DNA from: an uncultured SAR86 cluster bacterium
Lineage (GTDB): Bacteria > Pseudomonadota > Gammaproteobacteria > Magnimaribacterales > AG-339-G14
Direction of reading: 5' to 3'
Length of the DNA stretch: 64,000 bases
Assembly (NCBI GenBank): GCA_902563105.1
Contig: CACEVU010000002.1
Span: 10,592-74,591, forward strand
The translations under genes were made by a program, and so were the position numbers. The notes below the pieces were generated by a model. It did no database searches. It saw only the letters and a list, made by a program, of their open reading frames with translations, and was not told the origin of the DNA. How positions within the stretch are numbered: position 1 is the stretch's first letter; every line of letters starts with the position of its first letter. Positions 28,867 through 38,233 of this stretch are shown here, piece by piece.

Positions 28867-30537
28867 TTATAATTTAGAACTAATTCTTTTTAAATCTTTA
28901 TTTAAGATTTTATCGTTTTCGCTATAATCAACAGGACAATCTATTAAATGGACTCCCGAAGTATCCAAGCATTTTTCTAAAGTATTTTTAAGTTGTTTTG
29001 AATCATCTATTCGATAACCTTTTGCGCCATATGCATCTGCATACTTAACAAAATCTGGATTTTCAAAACTCAATCCAAAATCAGAAAATTTCATATTTTC
29101 CTGTTTCCACTTTACCATCCCATAAGCTTTATCATTTAAGATTATGACTGTGAGATTGACGCCCAATCTTACTGCTGTTTCCAACTCTTGACTGTTCATC
29201 ATAAAACCTCCATCTCCGCAGACAGATATTACTTTTTTATCTGGGTAAATCATTGCTGCTGTTATAGCTGACGGGAGACCAGCTCCCATACTTGCAAGAG
29301 CATTATCTAAAATAACGGTATTTTGTTCTAATGCTGGATAACCTCTCGCAAACCAAAGTTTATAAACTCCATTATCCAAAGTAATTATTCCATCATCTGG
29401 CATGACATTTCTTATTTGGCGAACCAAATAAGGTGGGAAAATGGGAAATCTGTCATCTTCTCTTATTTTTTCAGAATGTTCCAGGTGGGCCTGTCTTGTA
29501 AGAAGCATTTTTGAAAAATCCCAATGAGCCTGAACTTTAATTTTTTCTTTTATCTGCCAAATAGCGTTTGCTATGTCGCCGGTGACCATCAATTGAGGAA
29601 AGTAAATTCCGTTAACATTAGCAGCTATATGATCAATATGAATTACCTTTGTCCCTTCTTTTTCGCTCATTATAAAAGGTGGTTTTTCAAAGTTTTCTTG
29701 ACCAACTGTGACTATCTGATCTGATTCTTCTAGAGCTCTATGAACAAAGTCTCCATTTGTTAGAGCAGCACATCCAAGAAAGTTTTGGTGTCTCTCATTG
29801 AGGGCTCCCTTTCCAAGTTGAGTAGTTATAAATGGAATTTTTGTCTTTTCGACAAACTCTAAAAGCATTTTGCTCGTGCTTGTTCTATTTGCCCCACCGC
29901 CCAAGACTAAAATGGGTCTCTTAGCTTTTTCTATTAAATCTACAGCTTGATTAATTGATTTTTCATCAGGTATTGGTCTACGGATGATGCTTTTCAATAA
30001 AGGTTTTCTTCTTGTTACCTCACTTGCAATATCTTCAGGAAGTTCAAGATGCACAGCTCCTGGTCTCTCTTCTTCTGCTAGTCTGAAGGCTTCCCTTACT
30101 TCAGGTGCAATCATATTTGCAGAAGATATTTGATGAGTATATTTTGTAATTGGCTGCATGAGATCTACAACATCTAAAATTTGAAATTTTCCTTGTTTTG
30201 TATTTTTTATGGGTTTCTGTCCTGTAATCATGACCAAAGGCATTCCGCCTAATTGAGCATAAGCTGCAGAAGTAACCAAATTTGTTGCCCCCGGACCGAG
30301 GGTGGTTAAGCATACGCCAGCTTTTCCTGTAAGTCTTCCGTAAGTAGCTGCCATAAATCCAGCTCCTTGCTCATGCCTTGTAAGAATTAATTTAATTTTA
30401 TTTGACTTGCAAAGACATTCAAGAAAATCGAGATTCTCCTCGCCAGGAAGTCCAAAAACAAATTCGACTCCTTCTTCTTCCAGGCATTTAATAAAAAGTT
30501 CGGCTCCTTTAATTTTTTTACTATCAAAAATACTCAT
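28867..30537 (-). CDS. ThDP-dependent acetolactate-synthase-like enzyme (possible 2-oxoacid decarboxylase)
   Basis: FGLPGEEN, TRHEQGAGF, TLGPGATN, GDGGFMMNSQELETA...LND; no ilvH or ilvC nearby; starts immediately after the purC stop. Confidence 0.85.
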   Translation of the reverse strand: MSIFDSKKIKGAELFIKCLEEEGVEFVFGLPGEENLDFLECLCKSNKIKLILTRHEQGAGFMAATYGRLTGKAGVCLTTLGPGATNLVTSAAYAQLGGMPLVMITGQKPIKNTKQGKFQILDVVDLMQPITKYTHQISSANMIAPEVREAFRLAEEERPGAVHLELPEDIASEVTRRKPLLKSIIRRPIPDEKSINQAVDLIEKAKRPILVLGGGANRTSTSKMLLEFVEKTKIPFITTQLGKGALNERHQNFLGCAALTNGDFVHRALEESDQIVTVGQENFEKPPFIMSEKEGTKVIHIDHIAANVNGIYFPQLMVTGDIANAIWQIKEKIKVQAHWDFSKMLLTRQAHLEHSEKIREDDRFPIFPPYLVRQIRNVMPDDGIITLDNGVYKLWFARGYPALEQNTVILDNALASMGAGLPSAITAAMIYPDKKVISVCGDGGFMMNSQELETAVRLGVNLTVIILNDKAYGMVKWKQENMKFSDFGLSFENPDFVKYADAYGAKGYRIDDSKQLKNTLEKCLDTSGVHLIDCPVDYSENDKILNKDLKRISSKL

Positions 30538-31257
30538 TTAAGGCTTATTTAGATTGATACCGATTCTGTAAGCAATTTCTTGGTAAGACTTCACTACGTC
30601 ACCCAAACCTAGTCTAAATCTGTCCTTATCAAGCTTTTCTTTAGTTTCTTTATCCCATACCCTGCAACCATCGGGTGTAAACTCATCACCTAAAAAAATC
30701 TTATTATTATTTTTTCCAAATTCTAATTTGAAATCTACTAAGATTAAATCGGCTGAGTCGAATAATTCTAGAAGATGTTTGTTAATTTCTAAAGTAAGAC
30801 CTTCAAGGATTTTTATGTCCTCTCTATTTGCCCAACCAAAAGCTACTATGTGATTATCATTGATCATAGGATCGCCTAAATCATCATCTTTGTAGAAAAA
30901 TTCAAATATAGGATTTTCAAATTTCATACCTTCTTCAAGGCCTAATCTTTTGCAAATACTTCCCGCTGCATAATTTCTTACAACACATTCAATGGGAAAC
31001 ATATCTAAAGATAATACTAAACTCTCTCTATCGCTTAATTCATCTAGTAGATGGCAAGCAATGCCTTTTGAATCTAAATATTTCATTATGAAATTGTTAA
31101 AGCGATTATTTACAGTTCCTTTTCCAGCCAATTGTTCGATTTTTTTTCCGTCAAAAGCAGACGTATCGTCTGTAAAATCCATGATTAACTTAGAATCATC
31201 AGAGGTTCTGTAAAGCTCTTTCGCTTTACCTTTTGTTAACAGATCTTTTTTTTCCAT
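30538..31257 (-). CDS. purC: SAICAR synthase
   Basis: GKAK, FTDDTSAFDG, ECVVRN, LVDFKLEFG, DKDRFR. Confidence 0.97.
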   Translation of the reverse strand: MEKKDLLTKGKAKELYRTSDDSKLIMDFTDDTSAFDGKKIEQLAGKGTVNNRFNNFIMKYLDSKGIACHLLDELSDRESLVLSLDMFPIECVVRNYAAGSICKRLGLEEGMKFENPIFEFFYKDDDLGDPMINDNHIVAFGWANREDIKILEGLTLEINKHLLELFDSADLILVDFKLEFGKNNNKIFLGDEFTPDGCRVWDKETKEKLDKDRFRLGLGDVVKSYQEIAYRIGINLNKP

Positions 31258-31263
31258 TTTTAC

Positions 31264-32235
31264 CTAAGATAGTGATTGGTTTATTTGAGAAATTATTTCC
31301 TCAGATAATTCTATATTTTCTTCGTCTAAATTTGTGGAAATTAAACACTCTTTTGAGCTAAGTTCTTCGACTAAAATTTCAACGCTTGTGATATCCGGCC
31401 TTCGATCAAGCAATGACCTCTTTAGAGAGTATTCTAGAAAAAATTTTCCACCGTTTCTATCTTCATCTAGTATTTTGTATCCTGCAATCAGCAAAGATCT
31501 TCTAAGAGCAGCCCAAGCTCTAGCAAAGTTAATTTTTAGTTTTATTTTAGACATTCCTGAAAATTCGTCTGAAATAACCTCTGTCTTATTGCTTGCATTT
31601 AAGTTAAGCGCTACTAGAGAAGTTCCCGTAGAAGGACCTGCTTCTGATAAGTAGTTATAAAATTTATTTATTAAGTTATCCAATTGACTTTCTTTTGAAG
31701 AAACAATGACCCAATTATTGTTTACTCTTTTTAATTGAGAAACAAAAATTTCTGAACTTGATTGTTGTAATCCCCTTTCAATTTTAAAAACAAATTTTGA
31801 GTCAGAGTTGTTTAGTTCATAAATTTTAGAATTTATGGTCCCTTGACTAACATCATATGTACCTAAATCAATTTCTTCATTGTTCTCAATAAACTGAATT
31901 GTCATTGGCCAAGCGGCACTCGGCTCTAGCCCTAAGTAAACCCACCTAATTTCGCCAAGTTTATGGAGTCTAATTTCACTGGAAGATAACGCAGAAAAAA
32001 GTTGTTTAGGTCTTGCAGTTTCAAAATCTTCATCATTTTCAAAAATTTCCACTTCGCCGGGAATTGGATACTTATCTAAAATAAATGAGGAATCTTCAAT
32101 TACAGATCCATCAAGTAAAGCCAGAGAATTTTCTGAAGTATTGATAACTCTTTTTTCTTTGAAATCTGTTTCCTCTTTAATAGTTAAAGTACAGGACAAA
32201 AAAGTCAATGAAATCAAAAGTACTGAAAGTTTCAT
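31264..32235 (-). CDS. bamC: Outer membrane assembly lipoprotein BamC (NlpB/DapX)
   Basis: Lipobox FLSC, RW, FARAW motifs; dapA-bamC-purC synteny. Confidence 0.75.
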   Translation of the reverse strand: MKLSVLLISLTFLSCTLTIKEETDFKEKRVINTSENSLALLDGSVIEDSSFILDKYPIPGEVEIFENDEDFETARPKQLFSALSSSEIRLHKLGEIRWVYLGLEPSAAWPMTIQFIENNEEIDLGTYDVSQGTINSKIYELNNSDSKFVFKIERGLQQSSSEIFVSQLKRVNNNWVIVSSKESQLDNLINKFYNYLSEAGPSTGTSLVALNLNASNKTEVISDEFSGMSKIKLKINFARAWAALRRSLLIAGYKILDEDRNGGKFFLEYSLKRSLLDRRPDITSVEILVEELSSKECLISTNLDEENIELSEEIISQINQSLS

Positions 32236-32238
32236 TAT

Positions 32239-33129
32239 TTATAATAACTTAAGCTCGTTTAGGTTTTGCTCTAAATCTTTTTTAAAGATGTCATTCAATT
32301 CAATCAAAGGCAATCTGATACCTTTATCAATAAACCCCATTTTATATAGACACCATTTTACAGGAATTGGATTTGATTCACAGAATAGGTTTTTATTGAG
32401 TTGTTGCAAGCTCTCGTCCAGTTTTTTTGCTTTAGTAAAATCTGAATTTACCAAATCACAGATTTCTGAGACGATATTTGGAACTAGATTAGATGTAACA
32501 GAAATGGTCCCATGCCCTCCTTTTTGGAGAAATTCCAAAGAGGAAAAATCATCCCCAGAATAAAGGAGAAAGTTACCTGAATTTATTTCTTCCGCACATA
32601 AATTTAATACCTCAGAATGATTTTTCATATCTCCAGTGGCATCTTTTATTCCTATGATATTTTTATGACAAGATAGCTTGAAAACTGTTTCTGGTTCAAT
32701 AAAACTTGCTGTCCTAGAAGGGACATTATATAAAATTTGGGGCAAATCAATTTCATCAGCAATTTTTATGTGATGTTTATAAATTCCTTCTTGAGGAGGC
32801 TTGTTGTAATAAGGAGATACCAATAATGCAGCATCTGCACCAGACTCCTTAGCTCCCTTTGTTAAATGGAGAGCCTCATCAGTTGAATTAGCTCCAGTTC
32901 CAGCAATGATTGGAATTCTTCCTGAGGCTGTTTTAACGAAAAATTCTATTAATTTGATGTGATCTTTAAAATCAATAGTTGCTGACTCTCCTGTTGTACC
33001 GACTGCAACCAAAGCAGAAATCCCAGAATCAATTTGAAAATTAATAAGTTTTTCAAGAGCGCTATAGTCAAGTTCTCCATTTTCTTTCATTGGAGTAACT
33101 AAAGCGGTAATTGAGCCTTTTATAGACAT
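32239..33129 (-). CDS. dapA: 4-hydroxy-tetrahydrodipicolinate synthase
   Basis: GTTGES, PYYNKP, LYNVPSRT, GIKDATG, ESNPIPVK. Confidence 0.97.
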   Translation of the reverse strand: MSIKGSITALVTPMKENGELDYSALEKLINFQIDSGISALVAVGTTGESATIDFKDHIKLIEFFVKTASGRIPIIAGTGANSTDEALHLTKGAKESGADAALLVSPYYNKPPQEGIYKHHIKIADEIDLPQILYNVPSRTASFIEPETVFKLSCHKNIIGIKDATGDMKNHSEVLNLCAEEINSGNFLLYSGDDFSSLEFLQKGGHGTISVTSNLVPNIVSEICDLVNSDFTKAKKLDESLQQLNKNLFCESNPIPVKWCLYKMGFIDKGIRLPLIELNDIFKKDLEQNLNELKLL

Positions 33130-33196
33130 TAAAGTTTTGAAAAATTTTTTTTATTGATGATATTATTTCATAAGATAACAAATATTGATTAAAAAA

Positions 33197-33649
33197 ATGA
33201 AAGTTGGAAATAAGATAAAAAATTTCAAAGCAGAAATGACTGGTGAAAAAAACTTTAATCTATCTGATTATAGTGGACAGCATATCGTTATATATTTTTA
33301 TCCTCGAGATAACACGCCTGGATGTACTTCTGAAGGAGAGGATTTTAGAGATAACTTTAAAATCTTTACTAAAAAGAAAACTAAAATATTTGGGGTATCA
33401 AAAGATTCTTTGAAATCTCATGATGGATTCAAAGATAAATTTAATTTTCCTTTCGAATTAATCTCAGACCCCGATGAAAAAATATGTAAGCTTTTCGACG
33501 TTATTAAAGAAAAAAGTATGTATGGAAAAAAATATATGGGGATTGAAAGAAGTACTTTTCTAATTGGCCCAGATGGTAAGCTTTTAAAAGAATGGAGAAA
33601 AGTAAAAGTGAAAGGCCATGTGACAGAAGTCATTTCTTCAATTAATTAA
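33197..33649 (+). CDS. bcp: Thioredoxin-dependent peroxiredoxin Bcp/PrxQ
   Basis: YFYPRDNTPGCT, GIERSTFLI, VKVKGH; ATG 33197 preferred over TTG 33185. Confidence 0.93.
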   Translation: MKVGNKIKNFKAEMTGEKNFNLSDYSGQHIVIYFYPRDNTPGCTSEGEDFRDNFKIFTKKKTKIFGVSKDSLKSHDGFKDKFNFPFELISDPDEKICKLFDVIKEKSMYGKKYMGIERSTFLIGPDGKLLKEWRKVKVKGHVTEVISSIN

Positions 33650-34698
33650 GTTACTAAATCATCTTTTGCTGGCCAAGCAATTAAAATTGCTCTCAAGAAA
33701 GTAGCTATTGGAATAGCAAGTAATAGTCCCCAAAATCCCCAAATTCCTCCAAAAATTAATACTGCAATAATGATTAATACAGGATGAAGATTTACCTCTC
33801 TTCCAAGTAATAAAGGCATGAGGACATTCCCATCCAAGGCTTGAATAATTAAATAACTTACAATAAAAATATAAAAGTTAGTGTCTAATCCCCATTGAAA
33901 GAGTCCTATTAAAACAACTGGAATTGTGACTAGTATAGCTCCAACATAAGGAATCAAAACCGATAGCCCCACTAAAATGGCAAGTATTATCGAATAATTT
34001 ACGTTCTGTAAATAAAAGACCAATCCAGTAACTAAAGCTACAATTATCATCTCTAATCCCTTGCCTCTTAAATATCCATAAAGCTGAAGATTAACGTCTT
34101 TCCAAATTTTTGAAAGTAATTCTCTTTTTTCCGGCAATAGGATTTTTGCATAGCCAATAAAAATATCTCTGTCTTTTAATAAGAAAAAAACCAAAAAAGG
34201 CACAATAATTAAAAAAAGTAAGGCATTCATAACGGCAGCGAATCCAGAATTGAGTTGTAATAGAGCATTCTGAAATAACGTAGGAATATAAGAAAATGCG
34301 TTTACAAGAGCTTCATCGAGTTGATTAGAGGATATTGTATATTCTGCTAGTTGATTGGATAGAAATAAGTTAACGGACTCGTAAATTTGTGGGATGTCTG
34401 ATACCAGCAAAAGAATTTGTCTCGATAAAAAAGGTAGGAACAAAAATATTGATAGATAGAACAGGCTAAAGACAAACAAAGTTGCAGAAAGTGATAAAAC
34501 CCTACTATTACCTTTATCTTCCAAAAAGCTCATCAATCCATTTAGAATATATGCAATCAAAATACTAACAAGCACTGGAGCCAGAATGTCTCCTAAAAAA
34601 TAAAGAATAACTACACTGATTGTTAAAAAAAATAATGCTGCATAATGCTCATCATCATAAAAATAATTTTCAAAAAAGCTTTTTAAAAAATTTAACAT
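33646..34698 (-). CDS. perM: AI-2E family transporter (PerM-like)
   Basis: GYLRGK, VLIPYVGA, IQALDGNVL.P, LHP; divergent from bepA. Confidence 0.85.
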   Translation of the reverse strand: MLNFLKSFFENYFYDDEHYAALFFLTISVVILYFLGDILAPVLVSILIAYILNGLMSFLEDKGNSRVLSLSATLFVFSLFYLSIFLFLPFLSRQILLLVSDIPQIYESVNLFLSNQLAEYTISSNQLDEALVNAFSYIPTLFQNALLQLNSGFAAVMNALLFLIIVPFLVFFLLKDRDIFIGYAKILLPEKRELLSKIWKDVNLQLYGYLRGKGLEMIIVALVTGLVFYLQNVNYSIILAILVGLSVLIPYVGAILVTIPVVLIGLFQWGLDTNFYIFIVSYLIIQALDGNVLMPLLLGREVNLHPVLIIIAVLIFGGIWGFWGLLLAIPIATFLRAILIAWPAKDDLVT

Positions 34699-34734
34699 CT
34701 GTTTACGTTGTTATATATCAATTATACTTTCTAA

Positions 34735-36177
34735 ATGATAAATAAATTAAATTTATTACTATTTGTATTATTTTTTTCACCGCTTTTTCATTCTGTAGTA
34801 GATGAAGATCCGCTCCCTTCTTTAGGTGATTATTCATCTGCATCTATATCTTTGTCCGGCGAATACAATATGGGAAGGCTTTGGCTTGCCATGTACAGAG
34901 GTTCTACTAAAGAACATTCCGACCCGTTAATGAGAACTTATCTAGAAGATTTAATTTACCGTTTATCAGAGACAAGTGAAGTTAGAGATAGACGTTTTGA
35001 ATTTATAATCCTTGAAGATAAAACAATAAACGCCTTTGCTGCTCCTGGAGGAATAATTGGTATAAATTTGGGTATGTTTTTAAATACTCAGAAGGAAGGC
35101 GAATTGGCTTCGGTAATGTGTCATGAATTGGCTCATTTAAGCCAAAGACATTTTGCTAGATCTCAAAATAGAAACTCTCCCTTAGCAAATGCATTGATGA
35201 TTTTAGGGAGCATAGCAGTAGCAGCAGCATCTAGAAATCCTGAAGCTATTTTAATTGCCCCAGCTGCAATGCAACAAATGTCAATTAACTATACAAGAAG
35301 TAATGAAAAGGAGGCAGATAGGATAGGTTTTAATAATTTAGTTAAGGCAGGTTTTAATCCTGATGACATGACTATGATGTTTCAAAGAATGCAAGATAAG
35401 TACCAAAACGAAGACTCGGAACAATTTTCATATTTGATGACGCATCCCCTTCCTAGTGAACGATTAACAGATATGAGGATTCGCGCTGATAGTCTGGAAA
35501 AAGCTTCAAAAGATAATTACAGAGACAATTTAGATTTTTATTTCATGCAAAAAAGAGCTGAAGTCTGGGCAGAAAAAGATACAGAAAAATTAGTTATAAA
35601 ATATAAAAAAGATTCAAAATCTCAGATAAATAATACCTCTTTAGCAGCTAAATATGGGTTGTCTCTTGCATTGAAGCAAACAAATAATTTTGAAGAAGGC
35701 TTTTCTATTCTTAGAGAACTTATTAGGGAAATACCTAATAATCTTGTCTTAGAATCAAGCTTAATGGAACTCCATGTAGCTGCTGAAAATTATTATGAGG
35801 CAATTTCTCTTGGGAAAAATATTTTAGAAATTCATGATAATAACTACGCGGCTTCAATACTTCTAGCAGATGCCTATATAGAAGATGGGCAATCTGAGGT
35901 TGCAGAAAAATTATTGAAAGACCTTGCCAAAGAAAGACAAACCGATCCAAACATATGGTACAAACTTGCTGAAGCCCAAGGATTATCTGGAAATATTCTT
36001 GAATTACATAGATCAAGGGCAGAATTTTTTATTCTCACTGGAAGACATGATGCTGCAGTTTTTCAACTAAAAGAGGCCCTTTCATTGTCGCAAAATTTAT
36101 TTGAAGTTAGGGAGAGTATTATCCGTAGACTGGAACAAATCTTTGCAGCAAAAAGAGCTCTTTCAGAATTATCCTAA
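34735..36177 (+). CDS. bepA: Beta-barrel assembly-enhancing M48 protease BepA (YfgC)
   Basis: Signal peptide, INAFAAPGG, HELAH, EKEADRIG, THP, C-terminal TPRs. Confidence 0.9.
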   Translation: MINKLNLLLFVLFFSPLFHSVVDEDPLPSLGDYSSASISLSGEYNMGRLWLAMYRGSTKEHSDPLMRTYLEDLIYRLSETSEVRDRRFEFIILEDKTINAFAAPGGIIGINLGMFLNTQKEGELASVMCHELAHLSQRHFARSQNRNSPLANALMILGSIAVAAASRNPEAILIAPAAMQQMSINYTRSNEKEADRIGFNNLVKAGFNPDDMTMMFQRMQDKYQNEDSEQFSYLMTHPLPSERLTDMRIRADSLEKASKDNYRDNLDFYFMQKRAEVWAEKDTEKLVIKYKKDSKSQINNTSLAAKYGLSLALKQTNNFEEGFSILRELIREIPNNLVLESSLMELHVAAENYYEAISLGKNILEIHDNNYAASILLADAYIEDGQSEVAEKLLKDLAKERQTDPNIWYKLAEAQGLSGNILELHRSRAEFFILTGRHDAAVFQLKEALSLSQNLFEVRESIIRRLEQIFAAKRALSELS

Positions 36178-36518
36178 CCTGGAAAAATATCAGAAAAATT
36201 TCTTCCTGCAAGAAGGTGAATATGCAAGTGAAATACTGTCTGGCCAGCTTCTTTTCCATTATTTATAACGACATTAAAAGCATTTTCTACATTTAATTGC
36301 TCTGCAATTTTTTTTGTGACCATCATAAGGTGGCCCAGTAATTCTTTGTCATCTTCTTTTGCATCAGATAATTTCTTTATTGGTTTTTTGGGAATCACCA
36401 GTAGGTGTATTGGAGCTTTAGGAGCAATGTCTTCAATAACAATACAATGTTCATCTTCATGAATAATTTTTGAGGGTAATTCTTTATCTATGATTTTTTC
36501 GAAAATTGATTTTTCCAT
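36174..36518 (-). CDS. hinT: HIT family nucleotide-binding protein
   Basis: SIFEKII, DIAPKAP.H, AGQTVFHLHIHLL; start MEKSIF at 36518. Confidence 0.92.
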   Translation of the reverse strand: MEKSIFEKIIDKELPSKIIHEDEHCIVIEDIAPKAPIHLLVIPKKPIKKLSDAKEDDKELLGHLMMVTKKIAEQLNVENAFNVVINNGKEAGQTVFHLHIHLLAGRNFSDIFPG

Positions 36519-36519
36519 T

Positions 36520-36876
36520 TCAAGAAAATAATTTATACCCCATAAAAGTAGAGAATACACAAAGTGATGAAATTATTAAAGCGAGTATATATGCGGCAAG
36601 TATTCCATTTGTATTTGAAAATACAAAAATTTCTTTTGTAAAAGCTGAAAAAGTTGTGAAAGACCCTAAAAAACCAATGACTATCAATGGAGACATTAAT
36701 TCCTTATTATTCGTATTTATTGCTAAAAAAATACCAATTAAAAAGCAGCCCAATAAATTTACTATAACCGTACCTATGGGAAATCCAAAAATAACGGTTT
36801 TAAGTAAAATGAAGCTTACTAAATACCTTGATATTGCACCAGCGGATGCTCCTATTCCGATGAGAAGATAAACCAT
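36520..36876 (-). CDS. crcB: Fluoride channel Fluc (CrcB)
   Basis: GAISRY, FPIGTVIVNLLGCF, GFLGSFTTFSAF. Confidence 0.93.
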   Translation of the reverse strand: MVYLLIGIGASAGAISRYLVSFILLKTVIFGFPIGTVIVNLLGCFLIGIFLAINTNNKELMSPLIVIGFLGSFTTFSAFTKEIFVFSNTNGILAAYILALIISSLCVFSTFMGYKLFS

Positions 36877-36883
36877 AAATTTT

Positions 36884-36959
36884 TGGTGGGTCGTATAGGA
36901 TTCGAACCTATGACCAATTGATTAAAAGCCAACTGCTCTACCAACTGAGCTAACGACCC
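36884..36959 (-). tRNA. tRNA-Lys (anticodon TTT)
   Basis: GGGTCGTTAGCTCAGTTGGTAGAGCAGTTGGCTTTTAATCAATTGGTCATAGGTTCGAATCCTATACGACCCACCA; 76-nt cloverleaf with encoded CCA; TATAAT just upstream. Confidence 0.97.
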
Positions 36960-36978
36960 AGAAAAAAAGATTATACCT

Positions 36979-37680
36979 TTATTGAGGATTTAGTTTAATT
37001 AAATCTTGTTCTGCAAGTAAAGCAGCACCAGAATTTGGATAATTACTTATAACTTCTTGTAAAAAATTCTCTGCAAGATCAAATTTTTCAAGGTTTATAT
37101 AAACTTCGGCAATTTTATAAAGTGCATCTGGTATCCTTGAATGATCATCAAACTTTGTTACAAAAGAATTAAAAATTTCTAATGAATCCTCAAGCATTTC
37201 TTGAACCAAATAAATTTCTCCTAGCCAAAAATATGCATCGCCAGTGTAGCTACCTTCAGGATATGAAAGTATGAGGAGTCTTAAATTTTCTGCAGCCTCG
37301 GAATATCTTGAATTATCTAAAAGCCTCATTGAATTTGACCATAATTCAAATTCTCCTGAATCAATTTCTTCCTCCACAAGACCAGAGAGAGGATTAATGG
37401 ATTGAACAAGCTCTTCTTGCTCCTGTGTTTCTTCAAAAAGTAATTTAGTTTCTAAAAGATGAATTCTTTTATCTAAATCAACATATCTAATTTGATTTGC
37501 TTCATCCAGCCTTGATAGAGCTAAATTATTTGTTTCAACTGAAGCGGTAAGTTCCATAATTTCTTTTTTTAGAAGATTTATTTTTTCGAGAAGAAGTTCA
37601 ATGGGCTCATCATTTTGCGAATAAGCTAAAGGAGAAGATCCAATTAATAAAACTAAGAAAAAATTTTTAAAAATATTCAA
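36979..37680 (-). CDS. cpoB: Tol-Pal system protein CpoB (YbgF)
   Basis: Signal peptide, coiled coil with YVDLDKRI, TPR AYFWLGE / PDALYK / YPNS; follows pal. Confidence 0.88.
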   Translation of the reverse strand: MNIFKNFFLVLLIGSSPLAYSQNDEPIELLLEKINLLKKEIMELTASVETNNLALSRLDEANQIRYVDLDKRIHLLETKLLFEETQEQEELVQSINPLSGLVEEEIDSGEFELWSNSMRLLDNSRYSEAAENLRLLILSYPEGSYTGDAYFWLGEIYLVQEMLEDSLEIFNSFVTKFDDHSRIPDALYKIAEVYINLEKFDLAENFLQEVISNYPNSGAALLAEQDLIKLNPQ

Positions 37681-37681
37681 T

Positions 37682-38146
37682 CTAATAAAGTGAAATTTCT
37701 ACTCTTCTGTTTTCTGACCAAGCTTTTTCATTAGATGCTCTTTTAAGTGGTTTTTCTTCTCCAAAACTTACTACTCTAATTTTTTTTCCTGAAATACCTT
37801 TAACAATCAAATAGTCTCTTACTTCAAGAGCTCGTCTTTCTCCTAAAGCAAGATTATATTCTCGTGTTCCTCTTTCATCGCAATGACCTTCTAAACGAAC
37901 AATTTTTGCTTCTTCAATGAAAGGTAAATATTCATCTATAAGTCCTTTATCTTTTGCATCAAGTATAGCCTTATCAAAATCAAAATAGACTTTGTCTTCG
38001 AGGTTGGTAACTATCTTTTCGCCTTGCAAATATTCTTCTCCCGCTACAGAAGCATAAGACATTTGATCTACTGAATCTGATACATTCGATGCACATGAAT
38101 ATAGTTGACATACCATAGCTAAAATAAAAATTCCTATTGGTTCCAT
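37682..38146 (-). CDS. pal: Peptidoglycan-associated lipoprotein Pal
   Basis: VYFDFD, EGHCDERGTREYNLALGERRA, VSFGEEKP, NRRVE; GAGGAG SD before ATG 38146. Confidence 0.95.
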   Translation of the reverse strand: MEPIGIFILAMVCQLYSCASNVSDSVDQMSYASVAGEEYLQGEKIVTNLEDKVYFDFDKAILDAKDKGLIDEYLPFIEEAKIVRLEGHCDERGTREYNLALGERRALEVRDYLIVKGISGKKIRVVSFGEEKPLKRASNEKAWSENRRVEISLY

Positions 38147-38233
38147 AAATAATCTCCTCATTTAATAACGCCTCCACATAGGTGGATGATTATAATACTT
38201 TTTATTAGACAAGAAATTTTTAATTAAGTTTTT

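Noticed and set aside
28867-30537. Calling the ThDP enzyme ilvI/ilvB
   Set aside because: GLPGEEN subfamily rather than the GYPGG type, with no regulatory subunit or ilvC adjacent.
36520-36978. Genomic island integrated at tRNA-Lys
   Set aside because: No integrase and no duplicated tRNA 3' end seen; crcB starts 7 bp downstream.
38173-38186. Small hairpin (tccac-atag-gtgga) between tolB and pal as a terminator
   Set aside because: Only a 5-bp stem with no adjacent U-tract; more likely part of the pal 5' leader.
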